Source: a virus. Taken from it: DNA of 64,000 nucleotides. Positions 1 to 9,563 of this stretch are shown here, piece by piece. A program made the translations under genes and the position numbers. The DNA is taken from the IMG/VR virus record IMGVR_UViG_3300044959_000237, positions 47,269 through 111,268 of that record; one strand, 5' to 3'. The stretch's first letter is position 1, and every line of letters begins with the position of its first letter. The notes under the pieces were generated by a model. That model was not told the origin of the DNA. It ran no database searches and saw only the letters and a program-made list of their open reading frames with translations.

Positions 1-2
1 TT

Positions 3-1409
3 TCGAACTTCTTCTTCGATACCGTTTTCATCATCTGAATTTGTGTTTTTTTCCATAATTGTATTATCTGTTTTTTCTGAATTTCGATTGTGTGTTTCTT
101 TCAAAACAAACTTTTTTATCAAGAGTGAATTTCTTTCTTCATGTTCTTCTTCATCATAGTCTGGAGAATCATCGATTCTCATACAAAGAGGATCATAATT
201 CATTACAATTTCTTTTCCTACACCAGAACTGCTACGAGTTTTGATGAACTTGATTTTGTATTTTTCGTCTTTGGTAAGTCTTTTGATGGTTATGACATTA
301 TCTGCTGTATTTATTTTACTGATACCACCGGCAATATGACTCATTTCATGTTCATCTGCATCTATGGCAGAACGATTCAACTGACTTGCAGTGACGCATA
401 AAATGTTTTTTTCTACAGCCAATCCTCTTACTTCTTCGGAAACAAATTTGTCTTTTATGAACAAATCGCTCGGATCGACTTTTTTGTTCGATGGATACAT
501 CAAATCCAGATAATCGACAATTATTGCATCAGGTAAATATCCACGTTGTATTTCATACTCTTTCAAATGAGACCTGAGATCATTTATGTTTGCTCCGGCT
601 GGCAGAACTTTTATATCCAAATTGCCAACGTTGGGATCTTTTTTCAGATGTTTCAGAAACATATCAACGGCTTCAGCATTTCGAAAGTTTTCTTTTGTAG
701 ATTTTTTCAAAATCATTGCATCGATTCTCGATGCAACCAACAGATCGGACAATTCCAATGTGTAATATACAACGTTCAGTCCTTTTGAAATTTTTTTGTT
801 TATTTTCGGTCCCAATATCCAATTTACTGCAATATTTTGTAAAAACAAACTTTTTCCTTCACCGGAATTGCCAGCAAATATTGTTATTTCGCCTCTGTTC
901 AAACCACCATAGAGAACTTTGTCTATTGTATTCCAACCCGTAGATATGGTGTTGTTGTTATTGAGTAATTTTTCGATTCTTTCTTTCGGGGATTCGAAAT
1001 AGTTCAAACCAATATCGAAATCGAATTTGACAGATAAAGCATCTTTGATACTTTGCTCGATACCCTCGAATATTCCTTTTTCTATTTTTTCCGAAGATTC
1101 CAGAATGGAATGCATCAAAGCTTTGGTTTTACAGAATTTTTCCAGTTCTTCGAGAAAATATTCTCTTTGTTTTACAATTTTTTCTTTTGATAAATCTACT
1201 TTTTCCAGATTTGAAAATTCGGAATAAAGCACTTCATCTGTTGGAAGTGAATTGTATTTCGAGGAAAAATCCATGATGAAACTGACAACGTTTTTGTATA
1301 TTCCATCGAAATACTTCGGTTTTACGATTTTCAGACACTTTATGAAAGAATCTTGGTCTTTCAACAGAAATTCTATCAATAATCTTTGTTTTTCTTTACT
1401 TGTTTCCAT
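3..1409 (-). CDS. Replicative helicase, T4 gp41/DnaB-like (3' end beyond window)
   Basis: Manual translation from ATG 1409 (TGATG overlap with the primase stop): Walker A AGNSGEGKS, YYTLELS, IIVDYLDLM, TASQLNR, KTRSSSG; open to position 3. Confidence 0.92.
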   Translation of the reverse strand, partial: METSKEKQRLLIEFLLKDQDSFIKCLKIVKPKYFDGIYKNVVSFIMDFSSKYNSLPTDEVLYSEFSNLEKVDLSKEKIVKQREYFLEELEKFCKTKALMHSILESSEKIEKGIFEGIEQSIKDALSVKFDFDIGLNYFESPKERIEKLLNNNNTISTGWNTIDKVLYGGLNRGEITIFAGNSGEGKSLFLQNIAVNWILGPKINKKISKGLNVVYYTLELSDLLVASRIDAMILKKSTKENFRNAEAVDMFLKHLKKDPNVGNLDIKVLPAGANINDLRSHLKEYEIQRGYLPDAIIVDYLDLMYPSNKKVDPSDLFIKDKFVSEEVRGLAVEKNILCVTASQLNRSAIDADEHEMSHIAGGISKINTADNVITIKRLTKDEKYKIKFIKTRSSSGVGKEIVMNYDPLCMRIDDSPDYDEEEHEERNSLLIKKFVLKETHNRNSEKTDNTIMEKNTNSDDENGIEEEVR

Positions 1410-2449
1410 CAATTTTCTCTCAATGAATTATAAATGATCTTGCTTTTTATGTAATTTTTACTTTTGTTTTCCAAGAGAGAATATATTGTATACAATTTTC
1501 CATATTTTTTTACGGCATCGGCACAATCCTTGATATCTGGTTCCCATATTGGATTATTATTGTAATGAATATAAGGAACAACACTTATCCACCAATTGTT
1601 TTCTTCTGCAACTTCGATAAAATTCGTAACAGTTTTCAATCTGTCAGGAACTACGATATATTCTTTGTCGAATTTTTTCAATAATTCGATTTGTTCTTTA
1701 TTTATCTTGCTTCCACAAACAGCTATGCCATTTACGGAAATTGCATCGAAAGGACCTTCGACAATAAAAACATATTCCTGATCGGAAAAAAGAATATCAT
1801 AATTGAAAAACAAGTTTTTTGGTCTTTTCATGAAATATTTCTGTTTTTTTGTCGAATCGATGTATCTTGCAGTAAAACCGACAATTTCTCCATTCTTGAA
1901 AAAGGGTAAAATCAAGGATCGAGTAAATTTCACATAAGGTGTCCAATAATATTCGTAAGAATTCAATAAATGTTCTCCTCTTTCAATCAGATATTTGCAC
2001 GTATCGATGAAATTTCTGTTTTCACAATTCAAATTCAACCATTTTTCAATGGTCTTGGATTCCTTTGGCAGTTCGAATTTCTCTTCTTTCAAAGTCAAGG
2101 AAAATTCAATTTTGGAATTATTTCTTGTTTCACTGTTATTTTCCGTAATCGAATATCTTAGTATTTCAAAGGATATTCTTTTGATATCATCGACATTCAA
2201 ACCTAATAATACGAGAAATTCTTCGTGTTTCGAATTGAGGGGCGAATAAGGTTTCCAATAGAATGTTATTTTACAACGAAAACAATGATATTTTATTTCT
2301 CCATTGTAATTTACGATGTAAGATGCACTTTTCTTTTTATCCGGTTTTGTTTCTCCTCGATAAACACAAAAAGGACAATTGATTCTTTTCCAATTGTCCG
2401 TGTACATCAAATTTGGTATGTTTTTCAACAGAACATCATGTAGTATCAT
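1409..2449 (-). CDS. DNA primase, T4 gp61-like
   Basis: Zn ribbon CPFC...HCFRC, TOPRIM VEGPFDA, PDR, KDCAD; coupled to the helicase. Confidence 0.92.
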   Translation of the reverse strand: MILHDVLLKNIPNLMYTDNWKRINCPFCVYRGETKPDKKKSASYIVNYNGEIKYHCFRCKITFYWKPYSPLNSKHEEFLVLLGLNVDDIKRISFEILRYSITENNSETRNNSKIEFSLTLKEEKFELPKESKTIEKWLNLNCENRNFIDTCKYLIERGEHLLNSYEYYWTPYVKFTRSLILPFFKNGEIVGFTARYIDSTKKQKYFMKRPKNLFFNYDILFSDQEYVFIVEGPFDAISVNGIAVCGSKINKEQIELLKKFDKEYIVVPDRLKTVTNFIEVAEENNWWISVVPYIHYNNNPIWEPDIKDCADAVKKYGKLYTIYSLLENKSKNYIKSKIIYNSLREN

Positions 2450-2519
2450 ATCATTTTCGAATTTTTGATTTTCGGAATGGAATGAAACAGGTCGAAGCAG
2501 AATTCTTTATCACAAAATC

Positions 2520-2548
2520 ATTTTACTGTTTTTCGGAAAAAAATTCAA
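2520..2548 (-). promoter_or_regulatory. sigma70-type promoter for primase-helicase
   Basis: TTGAAT-17-TAAAAT on the minus strand. Confidence 0.6.
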
Positions 2549-2638
2549 ATATTATGAAATTTACGCATGATAGGTAAAAAAGTTGTCGAACAATCGAAAA
2601 TTGAAATTTTACAAGAAAAATTTTTTCGAACGAAAAAA

Positions 2639-3466
2639 TCAAACAACTATAATTTTCTTAATTTTACCGGAATTGTTCACGTCCGGTTTGAAAATCAAAC
2701 GGAACCAATTGAAATTTCCATAGAAATTGAAAGCATCGATTCCAGTGAAAGAGTTGTATATTTTCTCTGTATTTGTTCCTGATATCAAAAGTTCGTCCCA
2801 TAGAGACGGGACGTTCATGTTCGAAGGAACTTCGACCTCCAAAGTAGATTCTGCTTTGAAAATTCCACTGAAATTATCGAAATAAATTGCTACTGTTGTC
2901 AAATTTTTCGATGCGGATCTCTGAATGGTGCCTCTTATTGCTCCTGTAGTTAACCATGTTTCCGGAATATGGGAACTGTTCATTCTGGTAAACGGAGTCA
3001 ACTCGTCTATGACAATCGAATTTATCGGTTTCAAATCTATATTGTCATTGATTTGTAAATAACCCCATGAAATTCCGGAATAATCATTTGCCAATGGTAT
3101 CTCTTCGCCTGTAACATCATCGATCATTGTAACCGCATATTTCAAGGTAGAAGCATTGATATTGAACAAATCACGAGGATCGATTTTGAGTTTATATCTT
3201 CCTCTCGAAGAATCGACAACTTCAAGAGGTTTCGAAAACAGAAATTCTCCGGTTATCAGATCGAAAAATTTGGCTTCCAAAAATTTGTTCGTTTCAATTT
3301 TGACGGGTCTTCTGTCAATATCTTTTATACTGAATTCGATTATGTTATCATAACCTTTGTAAATTATGGTGTCAGAATCACCCCAATTGAAATTCATTTT
3401 ATCTCTCCCGATTTTTCCAAGAGTAAGCTTTATTATTTGTCTGTTTAAATATAGAAATTTTTTCAT
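2639..3466 (-). CDS. Probable virion structural protein (Ig-like/baseplate-type)
   Basis: 275 aa, beta-rich, IYKGYDNIIEFSIKDIDRRPV; late-type AATAAATA at ~3510-3517. Confidence 0.5.
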   Translation of the reverse strand: MKKFLYLNRQIIKLTLGKIGRDKMNFNWGDSDTIIYKGYDNIIEFSIKDIDRRPVKIETNKFLEAKFFDLITGEFLFSKPLEVVDSSRGRYKLKIDPRDLFNINASTLKYAVTMIDDVTGEEIPLANDYSGISWGYLQINDNIDLKPINSIVIDELTPFTRMNSSHIPETWLTTGAIRGTIQRSASKNLTTVAIYFDNFSGIFKAESTLEVEVPSNMNVPSLWDELLISGTNTEKIYNSFTGIDAFNFYGNFNWFRLIFKPDVNNSGKIKKIIVV

Positions 3467-3548
3467 ATTTTTTCAACTTTGTCATTAAATAATTGTAAAT
3501 AGTTTCAAGTATTTATTTCTGCCAATAAGGAAAAAGGGCCGGAATGCA

Positions 3549-3953
3549 ATGATCGAGGAGGAAAAATATAAAAAGTTCAGAGAAATTTTGTGTGAAGATG
3601 ATTATAATAAATTTTTGATGTTGAGAAAAAAATTTTCATATCTTTCGTTTTTGATCTACAATGATGATTTGTACTATGGTATTATTCAAAAATCCACAAA
3701 AGAGTTTTTGAGTATTTATCTGTACACAGAAATCAAAGATCATAAAGCAAGAATTTTATTCTTGAAAATAGGAGAGAATTGGTGGTGGGAAAGTAACAGA
3801 AAATTTCCCATAAATTTTTTTTACACAAAATGGGATCTACTTTTTCGAAAAACACTGAAAAATTTTTCATGGAATGGAATAGTTTGTTACGATGGACCTC
3901 TTTTCTACATCGAGCAAATCAAAACAAAATCCAAAATAATATCCTTGTATTAA
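3549..3953 (+). CDS. Hypothetical phage protein
   Basis: 134 aa ORF with WWWESNRKFPINFF motif; convergent with mini-DnaE. Confidence 0.65.
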   Translation: MIEEEKYKKFREILCEDDYNKFLMLRKKFSYLSFLIYNDDLYYGIIQKSTKEFLSIYLYTEIKDHKARILFLKIGENWWWESNRKFPINFFYTKWDLLFRKTLKNFSWNGIVCYDGPLFYIEQIKTKSKIISLY

Positions 3954-4522
3954 TTTTTTTCTTTCAGTGAAAGAAGATTCATTTTAACGACAATCATCAA
4001 TGCATAGGCATATGCGTGACTTTTCTTGAAGAAATAAGCATTTTCATTTTTTGATTTTTTCCATACCTCTTTCATTGCCATGTCTTTTGGTTTTTTTCTG
4101 AGATAGCTTTTTCCGGGACGAATTATGGCCAAAAATGCTGCCAATTCGTGAATATTACCGACCTGAAATTTTTGAAGATCGTCATAATAATTGTGAATAT
4201 GTGGTAATTGTTGCACAATATCTTTTCTTTTCAAAAGATTCCAATCAGGAGTCATATTCAGCAAATAATCGAGTTCTTCTGGAGTTTCAATGTCAAAATA
4301 AGAATAATTGTTCAGAATATCTATTTTGTAAAAACCAAATTTTTCAGCTTTTTCATAGGAAATAGATGACAAATCTGTTTCTGGATCGACTGGAATATCT
4401 TGCAAATAAATTCCGGAAGGATGTTTCGATACATTGTTTTTCTTGATTACAGAAGCGTTTATGTAATTGTTCAATTTTTCGAGAAGATCGTTACGATCTT
4501 TGATATCGATATCGATATCCAT
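3950..4522 (-). CDS. Miniature DNA polymerase III alpha (DnaE)-like catalytic core
   Basis: DIDID, KHPSG, KIDIL, AIIRPG and FKKSHAYAY match DnaE palm/finger motifs in order, in only ~190 aa; alternative GTG start at 4537. Confidence 0.85.
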   Translation of the reverse strand: MDIDIDIKDRNDLLEKLNNYINASVIKKNNVSKHPSGIYLQDIPVDPETDLSSISYEKAEKFGFYKIDILNNYSYFDIETPEELDYLLNMTPDWNLLKRKDIVQQLPHIHNYYDDLQKFQVGNIHELAAFLAIIRPGKSYLRKKPKDMAMKEVWKKSKNENAYFFKKSHAYAYALMIVVKMNLLSLKEKN

Positions 4523-4523
4523 T

Positions 4524-4925
4524 TCAGTTATCCACAAAAGTACAATGTGATGAAATACTGCATGAAAAGTAGTTATCGTATTTGTTTATTACTACTGATA
4601 AAGGATGAATTCCTGTTGTCATTTCATAGGAGACCGCAAACAAGGCACAGAAAAATACAAAAGTTTTTGTAATTTCATTATCGAAATTCCGTCTTTTTTC
4701 ATTACTATCCAGTTGCATATACATGTTGGCGTAAGATACCACAAATTGCAAGATCTTTTTTGGATCTTTTTCATCGAAAACTCTTTTTTTGATTTCAGAA
4801 TCCATATGAGCAAATTTGTTTTTCATTTCTTCCATGAAATTCAAGATCGATTTTTTTTCTTCACTGTTCAAACTTATTACATATTCCGAATTACTATCGA
4901 GATCGTTGAGGTAATATGATATCAT
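4524..4925 (-). CDS. Hypothetical protein
   Basis: 133 aa ORF with GGAG SD, in operon. Confidence 0.65.
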   Translation of the reverse strand: MISYYLNDLDSNSEYVISLNSEEKKSILNFMEEMKNKFAHMDSEIKKRVFDEKDPKKILQFVVSYANMYMQLDSNEKRRNFDNEITKTFVFFCALFAVSYEMTTGIHPLSVVINKYDNYFSCSISSHCTFVDN

Positions 4926-4952
4926 TTTATTTTTTCTCCCTTTCGAAAGTTT

Positions 4953-5210
4953 TTATTGAATCCATTTTGTTTTCTCTTCCAAATTCTGAATTTTTCTCTG
5001 CATTTCTCTTTCCTTTCTTTTCATGACAAAAATTTCCGAATCCATTCTTTTTATTTTTCTATCTTGCATGTCCAAAATTCTTTTCATTTCATTCAATTGT
5101 TTTTTCAGATTTTCAATTTCATGATTGTCGTTTTTGACGAAATTATGTTTCTGTTTTTCTCTGTCTTTTATTTCTTGAATTTTCGTTTTATATTGATTTT
5201 TGTCACTCAT
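4953..5210 (-). CDS. Small coiled-coil hypothetical protein
   Basis: 85 aa, heptad-like, overlaps the upstream stop. Confidence 0.65.
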   Translation of the reverse strand: MSDKNQYKTKIQEIKDREKQKHNFVKNDNHEIENLKKQLNEMKRILDMQDRKIKRMDSEIFVMKRKEREMQRKIQNLEEKTKWIQ

Positions 5211-5985
5211 CGATTTCTCCTAAAAATTTCGAAACATGATCTTCGATGATTTTCTTGTTGAAATTGGCTTTCAATTTGATTTTCTCGAACATGAATTTTC
5301 CTATTTGTTTCTTGAACAAATTCAATGTTTCTTCATTTTGTTCCTGTAGAAACTTTTTTCCTTCCAACGTACCGAACATGACAACAGGACTGATTTTTTT
5401 GGATATTATATGTTGCAGTATTACATAATATGGAGAGTCGAAGTATATTTCGATAATATTTTTGTCAATTTTTCCTTTTTTGAAATTACTGGTTTTTTCG
5501 ACAAAGGTCTTGATGAATTTCAACGAATAATTCAACTCTTCTTCCAAATTGTTTTTATAATAATGAATTTTCATGAATTTTTCAATATTGTTTCTTTTTT
5601 TCCAAAAACGAAAATTGATCTTTTTATCGAGACAATAGATAACATATTTTTTCTTTACGTTTTTTATATTGTCATTTTCTGGTAAAATTTCATTCAACCA
5701 TTTGTTCAAATCTTCGAAAAAATGAAAGAGTTGACTTTTGGCATATTTGTCTATGGTGATTTTATTTTTTGTCAATTGATTTTTATATTCTTTTACCGTA
5801 ACGAACAAATCGTAACCTGTACCATTTTTTTCATTGTAATGTATATTTTCTATGACTTTTCTGACTTTGCATTTTTCATTGACATGATTTATCAATGATT
5901 TTTCGTAGAAGAATTCCTTTTTGCACATGAAACAAACAAATTTTTTTCTTTTTCGACTTTCGACCTGTTTCACATCTTTTTTCAT
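5203..5985 (-). CDS. C2H2/C2HC zinc-finger-containing protein
   Basis: FVCFMCKKEFFYEKSLINHVNEKC; GGAGG SD before ATG 5985. Confidence 0.7.
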   Translation of the reverse strand: MKKDVKQVESRKRKKFVCFMCKKEFFYEKSLINHVNEKCKVRKVIENIHYNEKNGTGYDLFVTVKEYKNQLTKNKITIDKYAKSQLFHFFEDLNKWLNEILPENDNIKNVKKKYVIYCLDKKINFRFWKKRNNIEKFMKIHYYKNNLEEELNYSLKFIKTFVEKTSNFKKGKIDKNIIEIYFDSPYYVILQHIISKKISPVVMFGTLEGKKFLQEQNEETLNLFKKQIGKFMFEKIKLKANFNKKIIEDHVSKFLGEIDE

Positions 5986-6035
5986 GAATCCTCCCACAAG
6001 AAAATCTTCGATTTCAGTTACGGGAGAAATTGTAA

Positions 6036-6371
6036 ACAGAAGCCGGTTGAATTTGGTCTCGTCGTCTTGTATATGCCAGAAATCTGCAATTGAATGTATA
6101 ACTTCTGTCCATTCGACAATTTATGGAGGCTGATTTTCTTTTTGAGAAAACCTGCCATATGACAGATTCTCCATTTCGAACGTTCGATTGAATTGCCTCT
6201 TTCGAAATTCAGATTCATCGTTTTTCCTTATGATTGGCTGACATCGTTATCGGGCCGCGTTGTTCGTTCACTCAAGTCTTTTCATTCTTTTCAGAATGCT
6301 TGAAATTTCTATTTGGCAAGATTGTACTTCTTGCAATCTCTCGATTTCTGGAGAAGGTAATTGGCTTCCGT
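6036..6371 (-). ncRNA. Candidate ~340-nt structured RNA, family unknown
   Basis: Nested long-range helices (6363-6371 with 6036-6044; 6343-6351 with 6076-6084), GAAA-tetraloop hairpins, G-U pairs favouring the minus strand. Confidence 0.55.
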
Positions 6372-6372
6372 A

Positions 6373-7044
6373 TCAAGCATTTTCTTGTTCTATGTATTCT
6401 TCTATCATTTTTCTCAATTCTACGCTGTTTTTCAAAATTTTTTCAAGAATGCTTTTTTCTTCCTTTTTCAACTCTGGAAATTTGTTTTCAATGAAATAAT
6501 TTATTTTGTCTTCCTTGTTCATTTTTCTTTTTGTTTTTTTGGAGAAAATTGGCAAAAATTTTTCTTCTCCAGTCATATATTCATTGAATTTCAATGCTAT
6601 TGTATACGACACAATACAAAAAAGTTTGTACTGTATTTTTGGAAAATTCACCAGTGCCCAAAAATTTCTATTTACTATATCATTGACAACATACACATAA
6701 GCTGAAGTAACTTTTTCTATATTGTCAATCGTTGTGGGCCATTTACCTTTGCCATCACCTTTTTTTCTTCCTTGTTTTTTTGCTTCCTCGAAATTTATTG
6801 TTTCTTTGATACACGAGGAGATGTTTTTCAAAATCAAAAATGAATTTTTCTTCCAAAACTCAGCTAATTCCTGTTCTCCAATTTCTTTTTCCAGTTCTTC
6901 ATAAAAGTTCGTTTGAAAAAGTCGAATGTTTTCGAGAATATCATTGAACAATTTCCAATGATTTTTTTTCTCGTTCTTTGTATTTATTTCTGTATTTATT
7001 TCTTCTTCAGCAAATTCTTGCCAGTTTTCGAACAGTTGATTCAT
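6373..7044 (-). CDS. Putative clamp-loader small subunit (gp62-like) / conserved protein
   Basis: VNDIVNRNFWALVNFPKIQYKLF pattern resembles gp62-like proteins; sigma70-like TTGATT-16-TATAAT just upstream. Confidence 0.45.
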   Translation of the reverse strand: MNQLFENWQEFAEEEINTEINTKNEKKNHWKLFNDILENIRLFQTNFYEELEKEIGEQELAEFWKKNSFLILKNISSCIKETINFEEAKKQGRKKGDGKGKWPTTIDNIEKVTSAYVYVVNDIVNRNFWALVNFPKIQYKLFCIVSYTIALKFNEYMTGEEKFLPIFSKKTKRKMNKEDKINYFIENKFPELKKEEKSILEKILKNSVELRKMIEEYIEQENA

Positions 7045-7138
7045 GTTTTTTTCCTTTATCCACATTATAGAAAAAAATTTTTATCAATCAAATAAATAAA
7101 TATGAATGGTAATTCAACAATCAAAGGGAATTCAAATA

Positions 7139-7486
7139 ATGGGAAGACCACTGAATAAAAGATTTTTTGGAAATCCTACGACAAAACCTGGTTTGCAAAT
7201 AAAAGTATCTGCAGATTTGGGATCAGGAAAAGTTCCCGCTTGGATCGTAGAACAGGTCGGAACGAGACAATTTATTGTCACTGATGGCACCACGACAACA
7301 AGATGTTTTCTTGTTCAAAACGTTACTCAGCCCGGCGAAGCCGTGGTAAGAGTATATTTGAGTGGTGGTGTTGTGGAAACTGCAAGAACGATACAGGCAC
7401 GTAGAGTCAAAACTTTCGAAGGTTCCGATGTGGTTTGGTCGTTCGATCCTCCTGCCAACGATAAAGCTCAAATACTCGGAGCCTGA
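7139..7486 (+). CDS. Probable virion structural protein
   Basis: MGRPLNKRFFG start, G/T/V-rich; late-type AATAAATA at ~7091-7098. Confidence 0.55.
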   Translation: MGRPLNKRFFGNPTTKPGLQIKVSADLGSGKVPAWIVEQVGTRQFIVTDGTTTTRCFLVQNVTQPGEAVVRVYLSGGVVETARTIQARRVKTFEGSDVVWSFDPPANDKAQILGA

Positions 7487-7497
7487 AATATCATTTT

Positions 7498-8016
7498 TCA
7501 TAACAAATTGCTTACACATATTTCTACATTCGTTTTATTCTGTTCTGTTGATACTATTATACATTCCGGATTATCCTCTTTCGAAAGAGGATATATCAGG
7601 TAATGATTGTTTTTTACTTTTGGATTGAGCCATTCTATGTTTGGATATATATTGGATACTCTCAAGGAATGCCATTTTGGAATATAGCTGGTTATTGGAT
7701 TTATTGAAATACAGGTATGATCACTTGACATGAGATCTTGTATACTTATAAATTCCAAATTTTCGTAATGAATCTTGTCACCGCACAAAATATGCCAACT
7801 TATTGGTAGTTTGATCACATATTTTTCTTTTATTATTAATTCGGCAAGAGTGGTTGTTTTTTTCTCTATGAATTTCAATGGAAAACATTTGAAATCGACA
7901 TTTTCTTCTTCAAAATCGAGAACAAAAAACATCAATTTTTGATTCGGATCGAAATTGTACAAAAATGTCAAATCCGATAAATTTATGGATTTATTGTATT
8001 CGTTCAATATGAACAT
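7498..8016 (-). CDS. Hypothetical protein downstream of UvsW
   Basis: 172 aa ORF with GGAG SD. Confidence 0.65.
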   Translation of the reverse strand: MFILNEYNKSINLSDLTFLYNFDPNQKLMFFVLDFEEENVDFKCFPLKFIEKKTTTLAELIIKEKYVIKLPISWHILCGDKIHYENLEFISIQDLMSSDHTCISINPITSYIPKWHSLRVSNIYPNIEWLNPKVKNNHYLIYPLSKEDNPECIIVSTEQNKTNVEICVSNLL

Positions 8017-8027
8017 TTTTATTACTC

Positions 8028-9548
8028 CTATATTTTATTGTATGTAAAAGGATAATTTGCTTTTTTGTAAATTGCTTTTCTCATCGAGACATGTCTTTTG
8101 CTTCTTTTGGTAGAACCACAAATATCATATATTATGACATGATTTTTTTCCTGTGTTTTTCTCAAACCTCTTCCTATGCTCTGTAATACTCTTATTATGC
8201 TTTTTCCTGCTTCGATCAGAACAATATTGTATATTTTTGGAATATTGATTCCTACCGATGCAACTCCATAAGTTGCAATCAGTACAACATTGTCTTTTTC
8301 TTTTATCATGTTGAATTTTTCAATTTTTTCTTTCATTTTTACCGAACCTGTAACAACATGGCTGTTTTTTGTCATTTCGCCAAGTTTTCTTGCTGTTTTT
8401 ACAAAATCGACCAAAACCAGAGTATTACCATCATTCGATATTTCATTTATCAGATTCGAAATAATTTCAAGTCTTCTCGAATCGTTCAAAAGATAATTCT
8501 TTTCTTCCTGATAAGTTTCGAAATTTTTCTTGTCATCGGATATTTCTATAATGTGAACATCACAACTACTCAGAATACCTTTGTTTTGCAAATCATTTGC
8601 GGACATGAAATTTATCGGAGGACCGATCAACGATTTTATTGCATAGAAAAGATAATTTTCTTCTGGAAGTGTAGCGGTGAGTCCCCAACGAATTGGAACA
8701 TTTTTGTACATGTTTCCCAATATTTTTTTGAGAGAAGGTGCTTTTGCAATGTGACATTCGTCAACTATCACTGCAACCATGTTCTTTGTAATTTTTTCAT
8801 ATATATCTTCTTCTTCTTTTTTACTTTTTCGAATTTTTTCAAGTGATTGCCATGTTGCTATTATATGTTTGTTTTCAGTATCCTTTTGATCACCGAAAAA
8901 TACACCAACATCCAGACCAATATTTTTGTAATCTTCGTAAGTTTGTTTGACCAAGGTTTTGCTCGGAACTATCGTGATCGTTCTTCCTTCTTTTTCTACT
9001 ATTTTTGCCAAAACTGCAGTAATGATGGTTTTGCCTGCTCCGGTAGCTACTTCCTGAACAGCGTGTCTTCTTTGCAAGAAATAGTTTACAACTTCGACTT
9101 GGTAATCTCTCAAGATAATATCTTTTCCTGCCAAATGATGTGTTTCTGGCCATTTTATATTCTGATTTTTCAAATAATTTTCATCTATCGCATCGAAAGT
9201 ATAAATTTGTTTGTTTTGTCTTCTGTCTTCTTTTTGTATTTTGTATTTGAATTCATCCAGAACTTCCAGTATTTCTTTCAACAAATGAAAATAACTTTTT
9301 CCGTTCAAATCGAAGTAGGAAATTTTTCCGTTCCATCGTCCTATTTTATAGGAAGGAAGATATTTTGCAGAAGGATCATAGAAACTCATTTTTTTGTTCA
9401 GACTCGAAAGAATATGGGTCTCGACGTTTTCAAGTTTTATGTTGACTTCATCGAGTATTATCAATTTGCAAATCTTTTCATCTTTTCTAAGTTTTCTGAT
9501 ATCCGGTTTGTTTTTTGTTTCGACTTTTTTCATATTGAATTTTTCCAT
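8028..9548 (-). CDS. uvsW: UvsW-like SF2 DNA helicase
   Basis: LRDYQ, ATGAGKT, DECH, GLTAT, QSIGRGLR. Confidence 0.92.
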   Translation of the reverse strand: MEKFNMKKVETKNKPDIRKLRKDEKICKLIILDEVNIKLENVETHILSSLNKKMSFYDPSAKYLPSYKIGRWNGKISYFDLNGKSYFHLLKEILEVLDEFKYKIQKEDRRQNKQIYTFDAIDENYLKNQNIKWPETHHLAGKDIILRDYQVEVVNYFLQRRHAVQEVATGAGKTIITAVLAKIVEKEGRTITIVPSKTLVKQTYEDYKNIGLDVGVFFGDQKDTENKHIIATWQSLEKIRKSKKEEEDIYEKITKNMVAVIVDECHIAKAPSLKKILGNMYKNVPIRWGLTATLPEENYLFYAIKSLIGPPINFMSANDLQNKGILSSCDVHIIEISDDKKNFETYQEEKNYLLNDSRRLEIISNLINEISNDGNTLVLVDFVKTARKLGEMTKNSHVVTGSVKMKEKIEKFNMIKEKDNVVLIATYGVASVGINIPKIYNIVLIEAGKSIIRVLQSIGRGLRKTQEKNHVIIYDICGSTKRSKRHVSMRKAIYKKANYPFTYNKI

Positions 9549-9563
9549 TTCACATTTTTTCGA

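Noticed and set aside
6175-6190. Template for the repeat array within the structured RNA (telomerase-like idea)
   Set aside because: TCGAACGTTCGAA only loosely resembles array units; no exact complement of the 12/24-bp cells was found
6036-6371. RNase P RNA, tmRNA or group I/II intron identity for the structured element
   Set aside because: CCGGCTT near the 3' end is reminiscent of RNase P, but GAGGAAAGUCC is missing; no tRNA-like ends or CCA; no intron core motifs, and the flanking genes are complete
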